Below, one piece after another: positions 8,351 through 15,631 of a stretch of 24,427 nucleotides of DNA. The translations under genes and the position numbers were made by a program. How positions within the stretch are numbered: the stretch's first letter is position 1; each line of letters begins with the position of its first letter. Below the pieces are notes generated by a model. It made no database searches. It was not told where the DNA came from and was given only the letters and a program-made list of their open reading frames with translations. The DNA lies in the IMG/VR virus record IMGVR_UViG_3300032093_000805, positions 1 through 24,427 of that record, one strand, 5' to 3'. This stretch comes from a virus. Taxonomy: Duplodnaviria > Caudoviricetes.

Positions 8351-8549
8351 TGTGGATAACATGAGGATAACATTAGGATAACCATTGAACAAGTGCCAGC
8401 AGATATGGCGTATATGTCTTATATTACGGGCGTATACTATATGACATATAGTAAGAATATATGAACGCATACTATAGTTCGTCTACTATACGCCCTTACC
8501 TAGATTACAAAACCTATAGGCTATAGGTCAGGATTGGGCTGTGGATAAC
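8351..8549. other. DnaA-box cluster flanking an AT-rich palindromic core (candidate replication origin)
   Basis: TGTGGATAAC at 8351 and 8540 (perfect TTATCCACA on minus), TGAGGATAAC at 8362 and TTAGGATAAC at 8373 (11-bp spacing). Confidence 0.65.
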
Positions 8550-8799
8550 TTGGACTATAGGGCACGTGCCGCCCTCTTGGGGGAGGCGGCGGTGCCTACT
8601 GGGACTAGGTGGTCAATGGGTTGTTGGCAGCTTGCCAAGTCAACGGGTCAGCCAGCGGAACCTAGCGCGCGTAGGGATTTATCCAAAGTCCCTCATGTCG
8701 TGTCATCCCGTGTGCGCGCGCGTGGGATTTATCGGCAAGCCATTATGTATGAACGGATTGAAAAGGTAGGCGATTGAAAATCGGGCTTCTAATGGCATG

Positions 8800-8833
8800 A
8801 AAAAGCCCGCCTAGGGGGTAACCTAGACGGGCT
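8800..8833 (-). terminator. Rho-independent terminator of the leftward accessory operon
   Basis: Minus strand AGCCCGTCTAGG-loop-CCTAGGCGGGCT followed by TTTT. Confidence 0.75.
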
Positions 8834-8866
8834 GTCAGAAAGCCCGCTAAGGGGCTAAAAACGGCC

Positions 8867-8956
8867 CTAGAATAGGGCAAAGATCACAAAGACGAACCCG
8901 TATAAAGCAAACAGACAAAGAATTGCAGAAATCAGGCACAAAAGGGTTTCGTTCAT
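8867..8956 (-). CDS. 29-aa hydrophobic membrane peptide (not in ORF track)
   Basis: MNETLLCLISAILCLFALYGFVFVIFALF*; GAGGT upstream. Confidence 0.55.
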   Translation of the reverse strand: MNETLLCLISAILCLFALYGFVFVIFALF

Positions 8957-8986
8957 TGATTGACCTCTTCATGTAGTCCGTCCATG

Positions 8987-9271
8987 TTAGACCCCCTCGG
9001 CTAAAACAATGGGCCTCTTTACTAACGACAACCCGATGTCATAGACCATGTCCGAAAAGCCGGATTGATACCCTTTGGCAAAGTGAAACAGGGCTTGCCT
9101 TATTTCCTCATCTGACGGCATGGTGAACGATTCCCCGTCATCCAGTCGCCACTCTAGCCCCTCTTTGACATCCTCGACAGCTACACCCTCAAAAATATGA
9201 AAGCCTAGCTTGGCGCATATTTTGTCGTGTAAGTCCCATAATTCAGCTTGCGATAAGTTTTCAATGTTCAC
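8987..9271 (-). CDS. Acidic hypothetical protein
   Basis: 94 aa, GTG start with AAGGGG upstream. Confidence 0.65.
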   Translation of the reverse strand: MNIENLSQAELWDLHDKICAKLGFHIFEGVAVEDVKEGLEWRLDDGESFTMPSDEEIRQALFHFAKGYQSGFSDMVYDIGLSLVKRPIVLAEGV

Positions 9272-9283
9272 GGTAAACCCCTT

Positions 9284-9349
9284 TTAGGAAATGACGCGAA
9301 ACCCGCGCCCCGTTATCCCCTGCCCCGTAGGGCAAGGGGTAAAAGGTCA
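9284..9349 (-). repeat. Two-hairpin leader element, copy 2
   Basis: TGACC-hairpin (CCCCTTGCCC-TACG-GGGCAGGGG)-hairpin (GGCGCG-GGTTT-CGCGTC)-ATTTCCTAA. Confidence 0.65.
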
Positions 9350-9354
9350 CGGGC

Positions 9355-9996
9355 TTAGGCTACTGACTGCAATCTGACGGGGGTTTTCAATTCTTGGGAA
9401 AACTTGGGCGCAGGCATAGGGGAAATGTCACCCCGTAACGGCATGACTACGGCTAGAAAATTGTCGCAGCACAGAACCCCCGCATTTGCACCCCTCGGAC
9501 GGATACCGATTGAAGGGGGAGTTTTACCCGTCATTTCGGCATAGATTGAAAAGCCTTTGATCGCGTCAGATACATAGTCGGGGTTGAAAATGCAGGATTC
9601 AGGCGCACCCCCGTCATGCGCTGGAATGATGCGCCGATAGTCGGGAAATTTGCCATCAAGGGCAAATTGGACGATTTCTGATCCGTCAGGCAATCGGGCG
9701 CAGATTTTCCCTTGATCGTAGGTCACTAGAATCTTCGGGCATTTGTCAGCTTTGCTAGCCTTTGCCGTCAGGCATTTTTTCACCATGTCGGCGGGCATGA
9801 TGAAAGTCACGGGTTCAACTACCGGCCCGCTTTCCTCTTGGATCACCATATGTAGGCGATGTCCGTCAGTAGCTATTAGGCGGGTCTCTGCCCCGTTTGC
9901 TTCAATGTAGACCCCCTGCAAGTAGTAACGGATGTCTTTTACTGCCATCGCTAACGAAACGGCCCGCAGGTCTTTTTGATTGATGTCAAAGTGCAT
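9355..9996 (-). CDS. Truncated DNA polymerase III beta-clamp (DnaN) homologue
   Basis: DIRYYLQG, ATDGHRL, DGKFPDYRRIIP, FNPDY and VVMPLR match DnaN domain II and late domain III motifs; only 213 aa. Confidence 0.85.
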   Translation of the reverse strand: MHFDINQKDLRAVSLAMAVKDIRYYLQGVYIEANGAETRLIATDGHRLHMVIQEESGPVVEPVTFIMPADMVKKCLTAKASKADKCPKILVTYDQGKICARLPDGSEIVQFALDGKFPDYRRIIPAHDGGAPESCIFNPDYVSDAIKGFSIYAEMTGKTPPSIGIRPRGANAGVLCCDNFLAVVMPLRGDISPMPAPKFSQELKTPVRLQSVA

Positions 9997-10017
9997 TTTG
10001 AACCCCTTTTAGATTGA

Positions 10018-10080
10018 TTAGGAAATGGCAAGGGCTAACCCATGCCCCGCTAACCCCTCAAGGGAAGGGCTAGCAGGTCA
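10018..10080 (-). repeat. Two-hairpin leader element, copy 1
   Basis: TGAC-hairpin (CTGCTAGCCCTTC-CCTT-GAGGGGTTAGCGG)-hairpin (GGCATGGG-TTAG-CCCTTGCC)-ATTTCCTAA. Confidence 0.65.
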
Positions 10081-10084
10081 AAGG

Positions 10085-10330
10085 CTATTCTTCGGTTTCC
10101 TCTTCCTCTTCCTCTTGATTGTGTCCGGCGATTTCATGCCAATTCACATCTGACAAAAAGGCGAGCGCATAATCTAAGGCGATTCCTTGCGCCTGATCCT
10201 CAATGACGGATTCGACATATTCACGGCAGGACTGCGCGTCCTGGTAGTATTCTGATGCACCATCGTCAAAGAATTCGAGGTTGACCCTCCATGTGGCGTA
10301 ATTTGTCCAGCCGTTATAGGTTTCTTGCAT
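10085..10330 (-). CDS. Conserved acidic phage protein (YNGWTNY.TW family)
   Basis: YNGWTNYATWRVNL...VNWHEIA and a poly-Glu tail; AAGGGGGCT upstream. Confidence 0.75.
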   Translation of the reverse strand: MQETYNGWTNYATWRVNLEFFDDGASEYYQDAQSCREYVESVIEDQAQGIALDYALAFLSDVNWHEIAGHNQEEEEEETEE

Positions 10331-10345
10331 TTTTAGCCCCCTTGT

Positions 10346-10531
10346 TTAATTGTGTTTTGCAATAGCGGAAAAGGCGCGCACATAGTCCCGTGCGCCTCTG
10401 TATGTGTCGCACATGATCTTGTCGTGTAACTCTGTTCCTAAGTAAACCTTGACTACATAAAACGCGTGATTCTTTTCAAACAGCACGGAATTGCCATTCT
10501 TGAATTCTTTAATTTTTGTCCAATAGTCCAT
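10346..10531 (-). CDS. Hypothetical protein
   Basis: 61 aa, AAGGGGCT upstream. Confidence 0.65.
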   Translation of the reverse strand: MDYWTKIKEFKNGNSVLFEKNHAFYVVKVYLGTELHDKIMCDTYRGARDYVRAFSAIAKHN

Positions 10532-10542
10532 GATTAAGCCCC

Positions 10543-10722
10543 TTATTTAATGTCGCGTGATACATCAATAAACATGTAAACGCTAACGGCACTAGCGACT
10601 AAACCTAGTGCCAATTCGATAGCGCTACCCGTGAAAAGAATCCAAATAGTGCAGGCCATGACGCCTAGCATGCAAAGCCCTAGCATTGATGCGAATAAGA
10701 CAGTGATTTTTTGATGATCCAT
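10543..10722 (-). CDS. 59-aa two-TM membrane protein (not in ORF track)
   Basis: MDHQKITVLFASMLGLCMLGVMACTIWILFTGSAIELALGLVASAVSVYMFIDVSRDIK*; AAAGGGGCT upstream. Confidence 0.7.
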   Translation of the reverse strand: MDHQKITVLFASMLGLCMLGVMACTIWILFTGSAIELALGLVASAVSVYMFIDVSRDIK

Positions 10723-10747
10723 TTTTAAGCCCCTTTGAGTGATTAGG

Positions 10748-11184
10748 ATTGATACTGCTAATAGATGAAACGGATATAAGTCTATCAGGTTTACGGGTGT
10801 AATCCTATATGTATCTATGATATTTTTCTATCGTAGATTCATATATGATAGTTTTCCTATATATAGGTGATACTGTATATATAAGGGTCAGAATCAGGGA
10901 CGGGGGGGAGTGAAATATATTGGCACCCCGTGCGCCCCGTAATGGTGCATTAATCCATGGCAAGGGGACAAAGGGACGCAGCCCCTTTTCCGTGCGTCAT
11001 GTTTGCGTCATGTTCGCATCTTGCGTTTTGCTGCATCGCAAATTCATTTCTGTCGCGTAAGTTTTGCCCTTTCGATTGGGTTTGACTTGCTTTTTTTCGC
11101 GCCCCATAACCGTCCCCGCCCCAAAGAAATTTGCGCTTTTCCAGATATGCGTTAGTATTCGCCTATATCGTTTAAGGAGGACGT
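10748..11184. promoter_or_regulatory. Divergent non-coding control region (possibly near the packaging start or genome end)
   Basis: Strand switch; AT-rich 10750-10885; minus-strand extended -10 TGATAGACT near 10779-10787; plus-strand TTGCGC-N16-TAGTAT at 11131-11158. Confidence 0.55.
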
Positions 11185-11406
11185 ATGGAACAGATGTATG
11201 AGATAACAAAAGATGTGCCAATCCCGATGCCAATTAAGAGGCATAACTATCCCTATGAGCAAATGCAGGTCGGTGAGTCGTTCTGGGTTACCGGGGTGAA
11301 GATGCAGGCGTTATGTAATGCCAACAGACGGCAAAGTAAGAAGCTAGGACGCACCTTTGTCTGCCGCAGGGAAAACGATGGGGTTAGGGTCTGGAGGACG
11401 GCATGA
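11185..11406 (+). CDS. Conserved small phage protein (VPIP..YP...VGESF..RVWR type)
   Basis: Strong AAGGAGG SD; first gene of the rightward operon. Confidence 0.75.
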   Translation: MEQMYEITKDVPIPMPIKRHNYPYEQMQVGESFWVTGVKMQALCNANRRQSKKLGRTFVCRRENDGVRVWRTA

Positions 11407-11570
11407 GTGTTACTGAGCAATTAGAACCTACTGCCAAACTGCGTTGGGTCAAGCAAGGCAAAGAGAAGGTCTTGCAGCAGTGGTGGAGTAACGCCATGAA
11501 CGTCAGGATGGGGCCAACCCAGATGATTAAGGGTGAGTGGCGGGACGTGCCGGTAGAGGAAGTGCAATGA
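11403..11570 (+). CDS. Small phage protein, 55 aa (not in ORF track)
   Basis: MSVTEQLEPTAKLRWVK...VLQQWW...GEWRDVPVEEVQ*; ATGA overlaps at both ends; GGAGG upstream. Confidence 0.7.
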   Translation: MSVTEQLEPTAKLRWVKQGKEKVLQQWWSNAMNVRMGPTQMIKGEWRDVPVEEVQ

Positions 11571-11761
11571 CAGCGCCTACCGAGGTAGCCCCGGATCAGG
11601 CTAGGCATGACTACATCGCTAGGGTCTATAAGATGAGCCATGCAGAGCTATTTGCCGAACTCATGCGGGTGCATACCGAGGCCAATCGGTTGGCTATAGA
11701 CCTGCAAGCCCAGATTGATGAGTTAAAGAAAGACAAACCTAATGACTGTGCGGGGGATTGA
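11567..11761 (+). CDS. Hypothetical protein
   Basis: Start trimmed to MTAPTEV (ATGA overlap); helical C-terminus. Confidence 0.6.
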   Translation: MTAPTEVAPDQARHDYIARVYKMSHAELFAELMRVHTEANRLAIDLQAQIDELKKDKPNDCAGD

Positions 11762-11957
11762 TGTCAATAAAACTGCTGAGGCGTGGTTTAAGCAGGCGCA
11801 ACATGTAGGCCGGGAGTACTTTATTAGGGCAATGAAGTCGCATAGAGAAGAGATGGCGAATGGTGGCACCTATTCAGGCATACACGCAGAAACTTATAAA
11901 CTAATGTCTAGACACCCTTGGGGACAGGAGTATTTGAAAATTGAGTCACTTAAATAA
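11742..11957 (+). CDS. Hypothetical protein
   Basis: 71-aa ORF filling the operon gap. Confidence 0.55.
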   Translation: MTVRGIDVNKTAEAWFKQAQHVGREYFIRAMKSHREEMANGGTYSGIHAETYKLMSRHPWGQEYLKIESLK

Positions 11958-12507
11958 AGTCTTGCCTCAGATTGCCCCACACTGCATCGACATGTGGGAA
12001 CACTTCCCGACGCTTAGGGACTTAGCCTCCCAATGCACCTCTGTGGTTGAGATGGGGGTAAGAGGTGGCTGCTCTGCCTATGCCTTGGCTGCTGGTTTAG
12101 AGATCAGCACCGCTAAAGACAGGTGGATGCTCTACCTAGACATCAATGCCTGCCAAAACCCTAAGCTAGAAGAATTGGCTAAGGCTGCTGGAATTAAGAT
12201 TGAGTTTCAACAGACCGATAGCCGGTATGTAGAACTGCCTGAGTGTAGTCTGCTTTTTATCGACACTCTGCATACCTATGGGCAGCTAAAAACTGAGTTA
12301 GACCTTCACCACACCAAAGCCCGTGATTTTATTGTCATGCACGACACCGATGCCCCTTGGGGATATAAGAATGAGGTCGATGACGGTAGTCCTGATCGTG
12401 GGCTATGGCCTGCCATAGAAGAATTCTTAGATGAGCATAAGTCAGACTGGTCGCTACTAAAGCGCTACCGTAATTGCCATGGGCTAACCATACTGGCTAG
12501 GAAATAA
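11941..12507 (+). CDS. Class I SAM-dependent methyltransferase (Methyltransf_24-like)
   Basis: VVEMGVRGGCS, LFIDTLHTY, IVMHDT, GLTIL; TTG start with AGGAG upstream. Confidence 0.78.
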   Translation: MSHLNKVLPQIAPHCIDMWEHFPTLRDLASQCTSVVEMGVRGGCSAYALAAGLEISTAKDRWMLYLDINACQNPKLEELAKAAGIKIEFQQTDSRYVELPECSLLFIDTLHTYGQLKTELDLHHTKARDFIVMHDTDAPWGYKNEVDDGSPDRGLWPAIEEFLDEHKSDWSLLKRYRNCHGLTILARK

Positions 12508-13058
12508 TGCACCCCTCAGCCATGCAAAACTGCATTAGGTTTTTTGATACCTATGGCAAACACAAAGAGTCTGGGCTGGTAATTGATATTGGTAGCCAAA
12601 ACGTCAATGGCAGTCTTAAAGACGCTACCCCTGCCCGCTTTAATTATGTTGGCCTAGACTTCCAAAAAGCTGACGGGGTGGATGTGATCATTACTGACCC
12701 GTATAACCTACCCTACGCAGACAAGTCTGTAGACATTGTGCTGTCATCATCCTGCCTTGAACACTCAGAGTTTTTCTGGCTTTCATTTTTAGAGATGGTT
12801 AGGGTAGTCAAACCCGATGGTCTAATCTACTTGAACATTCCCTCTGCCGGTCAATACCATCCCTACCCTGTTGACTGCTGGCGTTTTAGGATTGATGCGG
12901 CTGTAGCCTTTATGAAGTGGGCGCAGCGGCAGGGCTATAACCCGGCCTTACTGGAAGCCTATACCGATGCTGCACCGCCATGGCATGACTTGGTGTGTAT
13001 CTATGCGGGTGACATGAAGTTTGTGGAGCATTACCCGGATAGGATTGACCTGCCATGA
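12507..13058 (+). CDS. Class I SAM-dependent methyltransferase (Methyltransf_11-like)
   Basis: VIDIGSQNVNGS, LPYADKSVD, CLEH, RVVKPDG, H.YPVDCWRF. Confidence 0.82.
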   Translation: MHPSAMQNCIRFFDTYGKHKESGLVIDIGSQNVNGSLKDATPARFNYVGLDFQKADGVDVIITDPYNLPYADKSVDIVLSSSCLEHSEFFWLSFLEMVRVVKPDGLIYLNIPSAGQYHPYPVDCWRFRIDAAVAFMKWAQRQGYNPALLEAYTDAAPPWHDLVCIYAGDMKFVEHYPDRIDLP

Positions 13059-14815
13059 ACTTTGATACCAAGAAGTTTTACCAGTTTTGCCGACATCTAA
13101 AGATCGAGTCTAAAGAGCAGGGGATGATTACCCTTGGGCAGACGCTCTTGGGCACCCAGACTTATGTGATTGATGAGGTAGCCAAAGGCTTAGAAGACGA
13201 TATTCATTTCTTTATTGTCTTAAAGGGCAGGCAGCTTGGTATTACCACTATCAGCCTAGCAATGGATTTGTATTGGCACTTTCTAAACCCCGGCATGCAG
13301 GGAACGCTGACCACCGATACGGAGGAAAACCGTGAGCAATTCCGATCTACCCTACAGATGTATATGGACGGATTGCCTAAAGAGTACAAAATCCCTCTCA
13401 TGTCCCATAACCGGAACCAAATGGTGCTTAAAAACCGATCACGGATGTTCTACCAAGTGGCGGGAACTAGGAGCAAAGGCACCCTTGGTCGAGGCAAAGG
13501 TATTACCTTTCTCCATGGCACGGAGACAAGCTCATGGGGTGATGAAGAAGGTTTAGCATCGCTCTTAGCCTCACTGGCTGAAACCAACCCCCTGCGCTAC
13601 TACATGTTTGAGTCTACCGCCCGTGGGTTCAATATGTTCCATGACATGTGGGTGACAGCCAAACGCGCTAGAAGCCAGAGGGCCATATTCTGTGGCTGGT
13701 GGCGCAATCAACTCTATGCTGCTGACGCAAAGTCAGACATCTATAAAGTCTACTGGGACGGCAAACTTTCGGCTGAAGAGAAAGAATGGACACGCGAGAT
13801 CAAAAAGGTCTACAACTTTGAGATCAATAGCCGCCAGATGGCTTGGTGGCGCTGGAAATTGCATGAGGGCCTCAAAGATGAGGGCCTGATGTATCAGGAG
13901 TTTCCTCCGACTGAAGACTATGCCTTTGTAATGACCGGCAGTAGCTTCTTTTCTACTGCCCGATGCACTGACGCTATGAAAGTAGCCAAATCCATAGACG
14001 CATCCTATTACCGCTTCTCTATGGGTGCCAACTTCCAAGACACGGAGCTACTAAAGTCCACTGCCAGACTGGCTACCATGACCATTTGGGAAGAACCCGT
14101 GCCTACGGCCTACTACGTCATTGGTGCCGACCCTGCTTATGGCTCATCTGACTGGGCTGACCGCTTCTGCGTACAGGTTTACCGCTGTTATGCCGATGGA
14201 TTGGATCAGGTGGCTGAATTTTGCTCTGCCGAACTTAATACATTCCAGTTTGCGTGGGTCATTTGCTACCTAGCCGGGGCATACCGCAACTCAACTCTAA
14301 ACCTAGAGGTCAACGGCCCCGGACAGGCAGTCATTAACGAGATGAGAAACCTGAAACGGCAGGCTACCAGCATGGGTGGCTCTGATGGCTACAAACTGCA
14401 TGACGTTTTGGGCAACATGCAGCACTACCTATGGCGAAGGAATGACAATTTTGGTGGCATATCCAATAGCATTGGTTGGGTAACAACCCATAGCAGCAAA
14501 GAACGTATGCTCAATTACTTCAAAGATTACTTTGAGCGAGGCATGCTAAACGTGTATAGCATGGAACTGTTAGATGAGATGAAAGGTATAGTCCGTGACC
14601 AAGGAACGATTGCAGCGTATGGCAGGGGCAAAGATGACCGCGTTATTGCTTCAGCGCTGGCCTGTGCAGCCTTTGCCGAACAAGTACAGCCCAGACTCAT
14701 TGCCGAGAGAATCACTAGGGTCAAAAAAGATGCCCAAGATGCCGCAGGCGCTAACCCAGAAACCATACAACTCCAGCGACAAGTCGGCAGCTACCTCAAG
14801 GCACTCGGCTTTTAA
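13055..14815 (+). CDS. terL: Terminase large subunit
   Basis: LKGRQLGITT (Walker A), LHGTE (Walker B), ESTA coupling motif, IGADPA and DDRV nuclease aspartates; 586 aa upstream of the portal. Confidence 0.9.
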   Translation: MNFDTKKFYQFCRHLKIESKEQGMITLGQTLLGTQTYVIDEVAKGLEDDIHFFIVLKGRQLGITTISLAMDLYWHFLNPGMQGTLTTDTEENREQFRSTLQMYMDGLPKEYKIPLMSHNRNQMVLKNRSRMFYQVAGTRSKGTLGRGKGITFLHGTETSSWGDEEGLASLLASLAETNPLRYYMFESTARGFNMFHDMWVTAKRARSQRAIFCGWWRNQLYAADAKSDIYKVYWDGKLSAEEKEWTREIKKVYNFEINSRQMAWWRWKLHEGLKDEGLMYQEFPPTEDYAFVMTGSSFFSTARCTDAMKVAKSIDASYYRFSMGANFQDTELLKSTARLATMTIWEEPVPTAYYVIGADPAYGSSDWADRFCVQVYRCYADGLDQVAEFCSAELNTFQFAWVICYLAGAYRNSTLNLEVNGPGQAVINEMRNLKRQATSMGGSDGYKLHDVLGNMQHYLWRRNDNFGGISNSIGWVTTHSSKERMLNYFKDYFERGMLNVYSMELLDEMKGIVRDQGTIAAYGRGKDDRVIASALACAAFAEQVQPRLIAERITRVKKDAQDAAGANPETIQLQRQVGSYLKALGF

Positions 14816-14817
14816 GT

Positions 14818-15216
14818 ATGGATACGGTACTGACTAAGGCAGAGATACTGAAGCGCCTAGAGGCCATGCGCTCTAAGCGCAGCCGGGGCTTTACCATGAA
14901 GATGTTTGCCGAGTTTGCCTGCATCAACTACCGGCACATGGAGTCCGTTACCCGTAACCAGAGCGACACCTTCACAGAATTGACGCAGCGCAAACTAAGT
15001 CGGGCGCTGCTGGCTTTAGAAGCCGGTGAGGCTGGCCCAAGGATCGACATTTTGGGCCGTAAATTCATTGGCTACTCCAAAAATCCCAAACCCGTTTTGC
15101 GGCGCTCAGTCGGCCTAGAGAAGACCTCAGACGGTTTTCGGATGAAAGTAGGAATCGTCAATAAGTACGACTTTTCCAAACCAAGACTTGATGACTCAGT
15201 GAAAAAAAGGGGCTAA
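14818..15216 (+). CDS. Basic hypothetical protein, possible HTH-like N-terminus
   Basis: FTMKMFAEFACINYRHM resembles an XRE-like helix pair; lies between terL and portal. Confidence 0.65.
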   Translation: MDTVLTKAEILKRLEAMRSKRSRGFTMKMFAEFACINYRHMESVTRNQSDTFTELTQRKLSRALLALEAGEAGPRIDILGRKFIGYSKNPKPVLRRSVGLEKTSDGFRMKVGIVNKYDFSKPRLDDSVKKRG

Positions 15217-15217
15217 T

Positions 15218-15631
15218 ATGGCTGTTATCAACGACTACAAGTGTCCGGCACACGGATACTTTGAAGCACGGGAACCTGTGTGTCCCCATGGATGCACGGA
15301 TGTACAGGTGGTCTTTTTGCAGCCCGTTGGCACGGTTAGTGACCGCACCAAGGGCAGTGACAAGACCATTAAACAACTTGCACTGGACTTTAAGATGAAT
15401 GATGTGAAGTCAGTCAAAAAAGGTGAGGCCCAACCGCCGCGCTTTGCCAATCAGCAAAACCCGTTTGCTCCAAGATGGGGTAATCCGGGCGACTTGGGTG
15501 GCTTCAATCTACGGTCAGTAGGCGGGGAAAATGTCTCTGGCATCGGTGCAGTTAAAGAAGGATCAAAACTTTCGGGGCCGCGTATCGGTAGTTACATTGC
15601 CGACCATCAAAACCTAAAGATTGACAAATGA
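15218..15631 (+). CDS. Zn-ribbon protein (FmdB-like N-terminus)
   Basis: DYKCPAHG.FE....CPHGC. Confidence 0.65.
   Translation: MAVINDYKCPAHGYFEAREPVCPHGCTDVQVVFLQPVGTVSDRTKGSDKTIKQLALDFKMNDVKSVKKGEAQPPRFANQQNPFAPRWGNPGDLGGFNLRSVGGENVSGIGAVKEGSKLSGPRIGSYIADHQNLKIDK

Noticed and set aside
8351-8382. Short tandem repeats as a mini CRISPR array
   Set aside because: Units are 10 bp with 1-bp gaps and no spacers; they match DnaA boxes.
8541-8777. Two plus-strand ORFs (78 and 67 aa)
   Set aside because: No SD, opposite to the flanking genes, and overlapping a DnaA box and hairpins; better explained as non-coding.
10921-10935. Sigma54-like TGGCAC with GG-N10-GC spacing
   Set aside because: The -12 element is GCGC rather than TTGC, and it overlaps the NtrC-like box instead of lying downstream of it.
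11941-13058. Methyltransferases as DNA methylases or a restriction-modification system
   Set aside because: No DNA MTase catalytic motifs; they resemble glycan or small-molecule methyltransferases.
15200-15218. A7 run at the end of the 14818 gene as a frameshift site
   Set aside because: No in-frame X_XXY_YYZ heptamer, the next gene is in the +1 frame, and it has its own SD.
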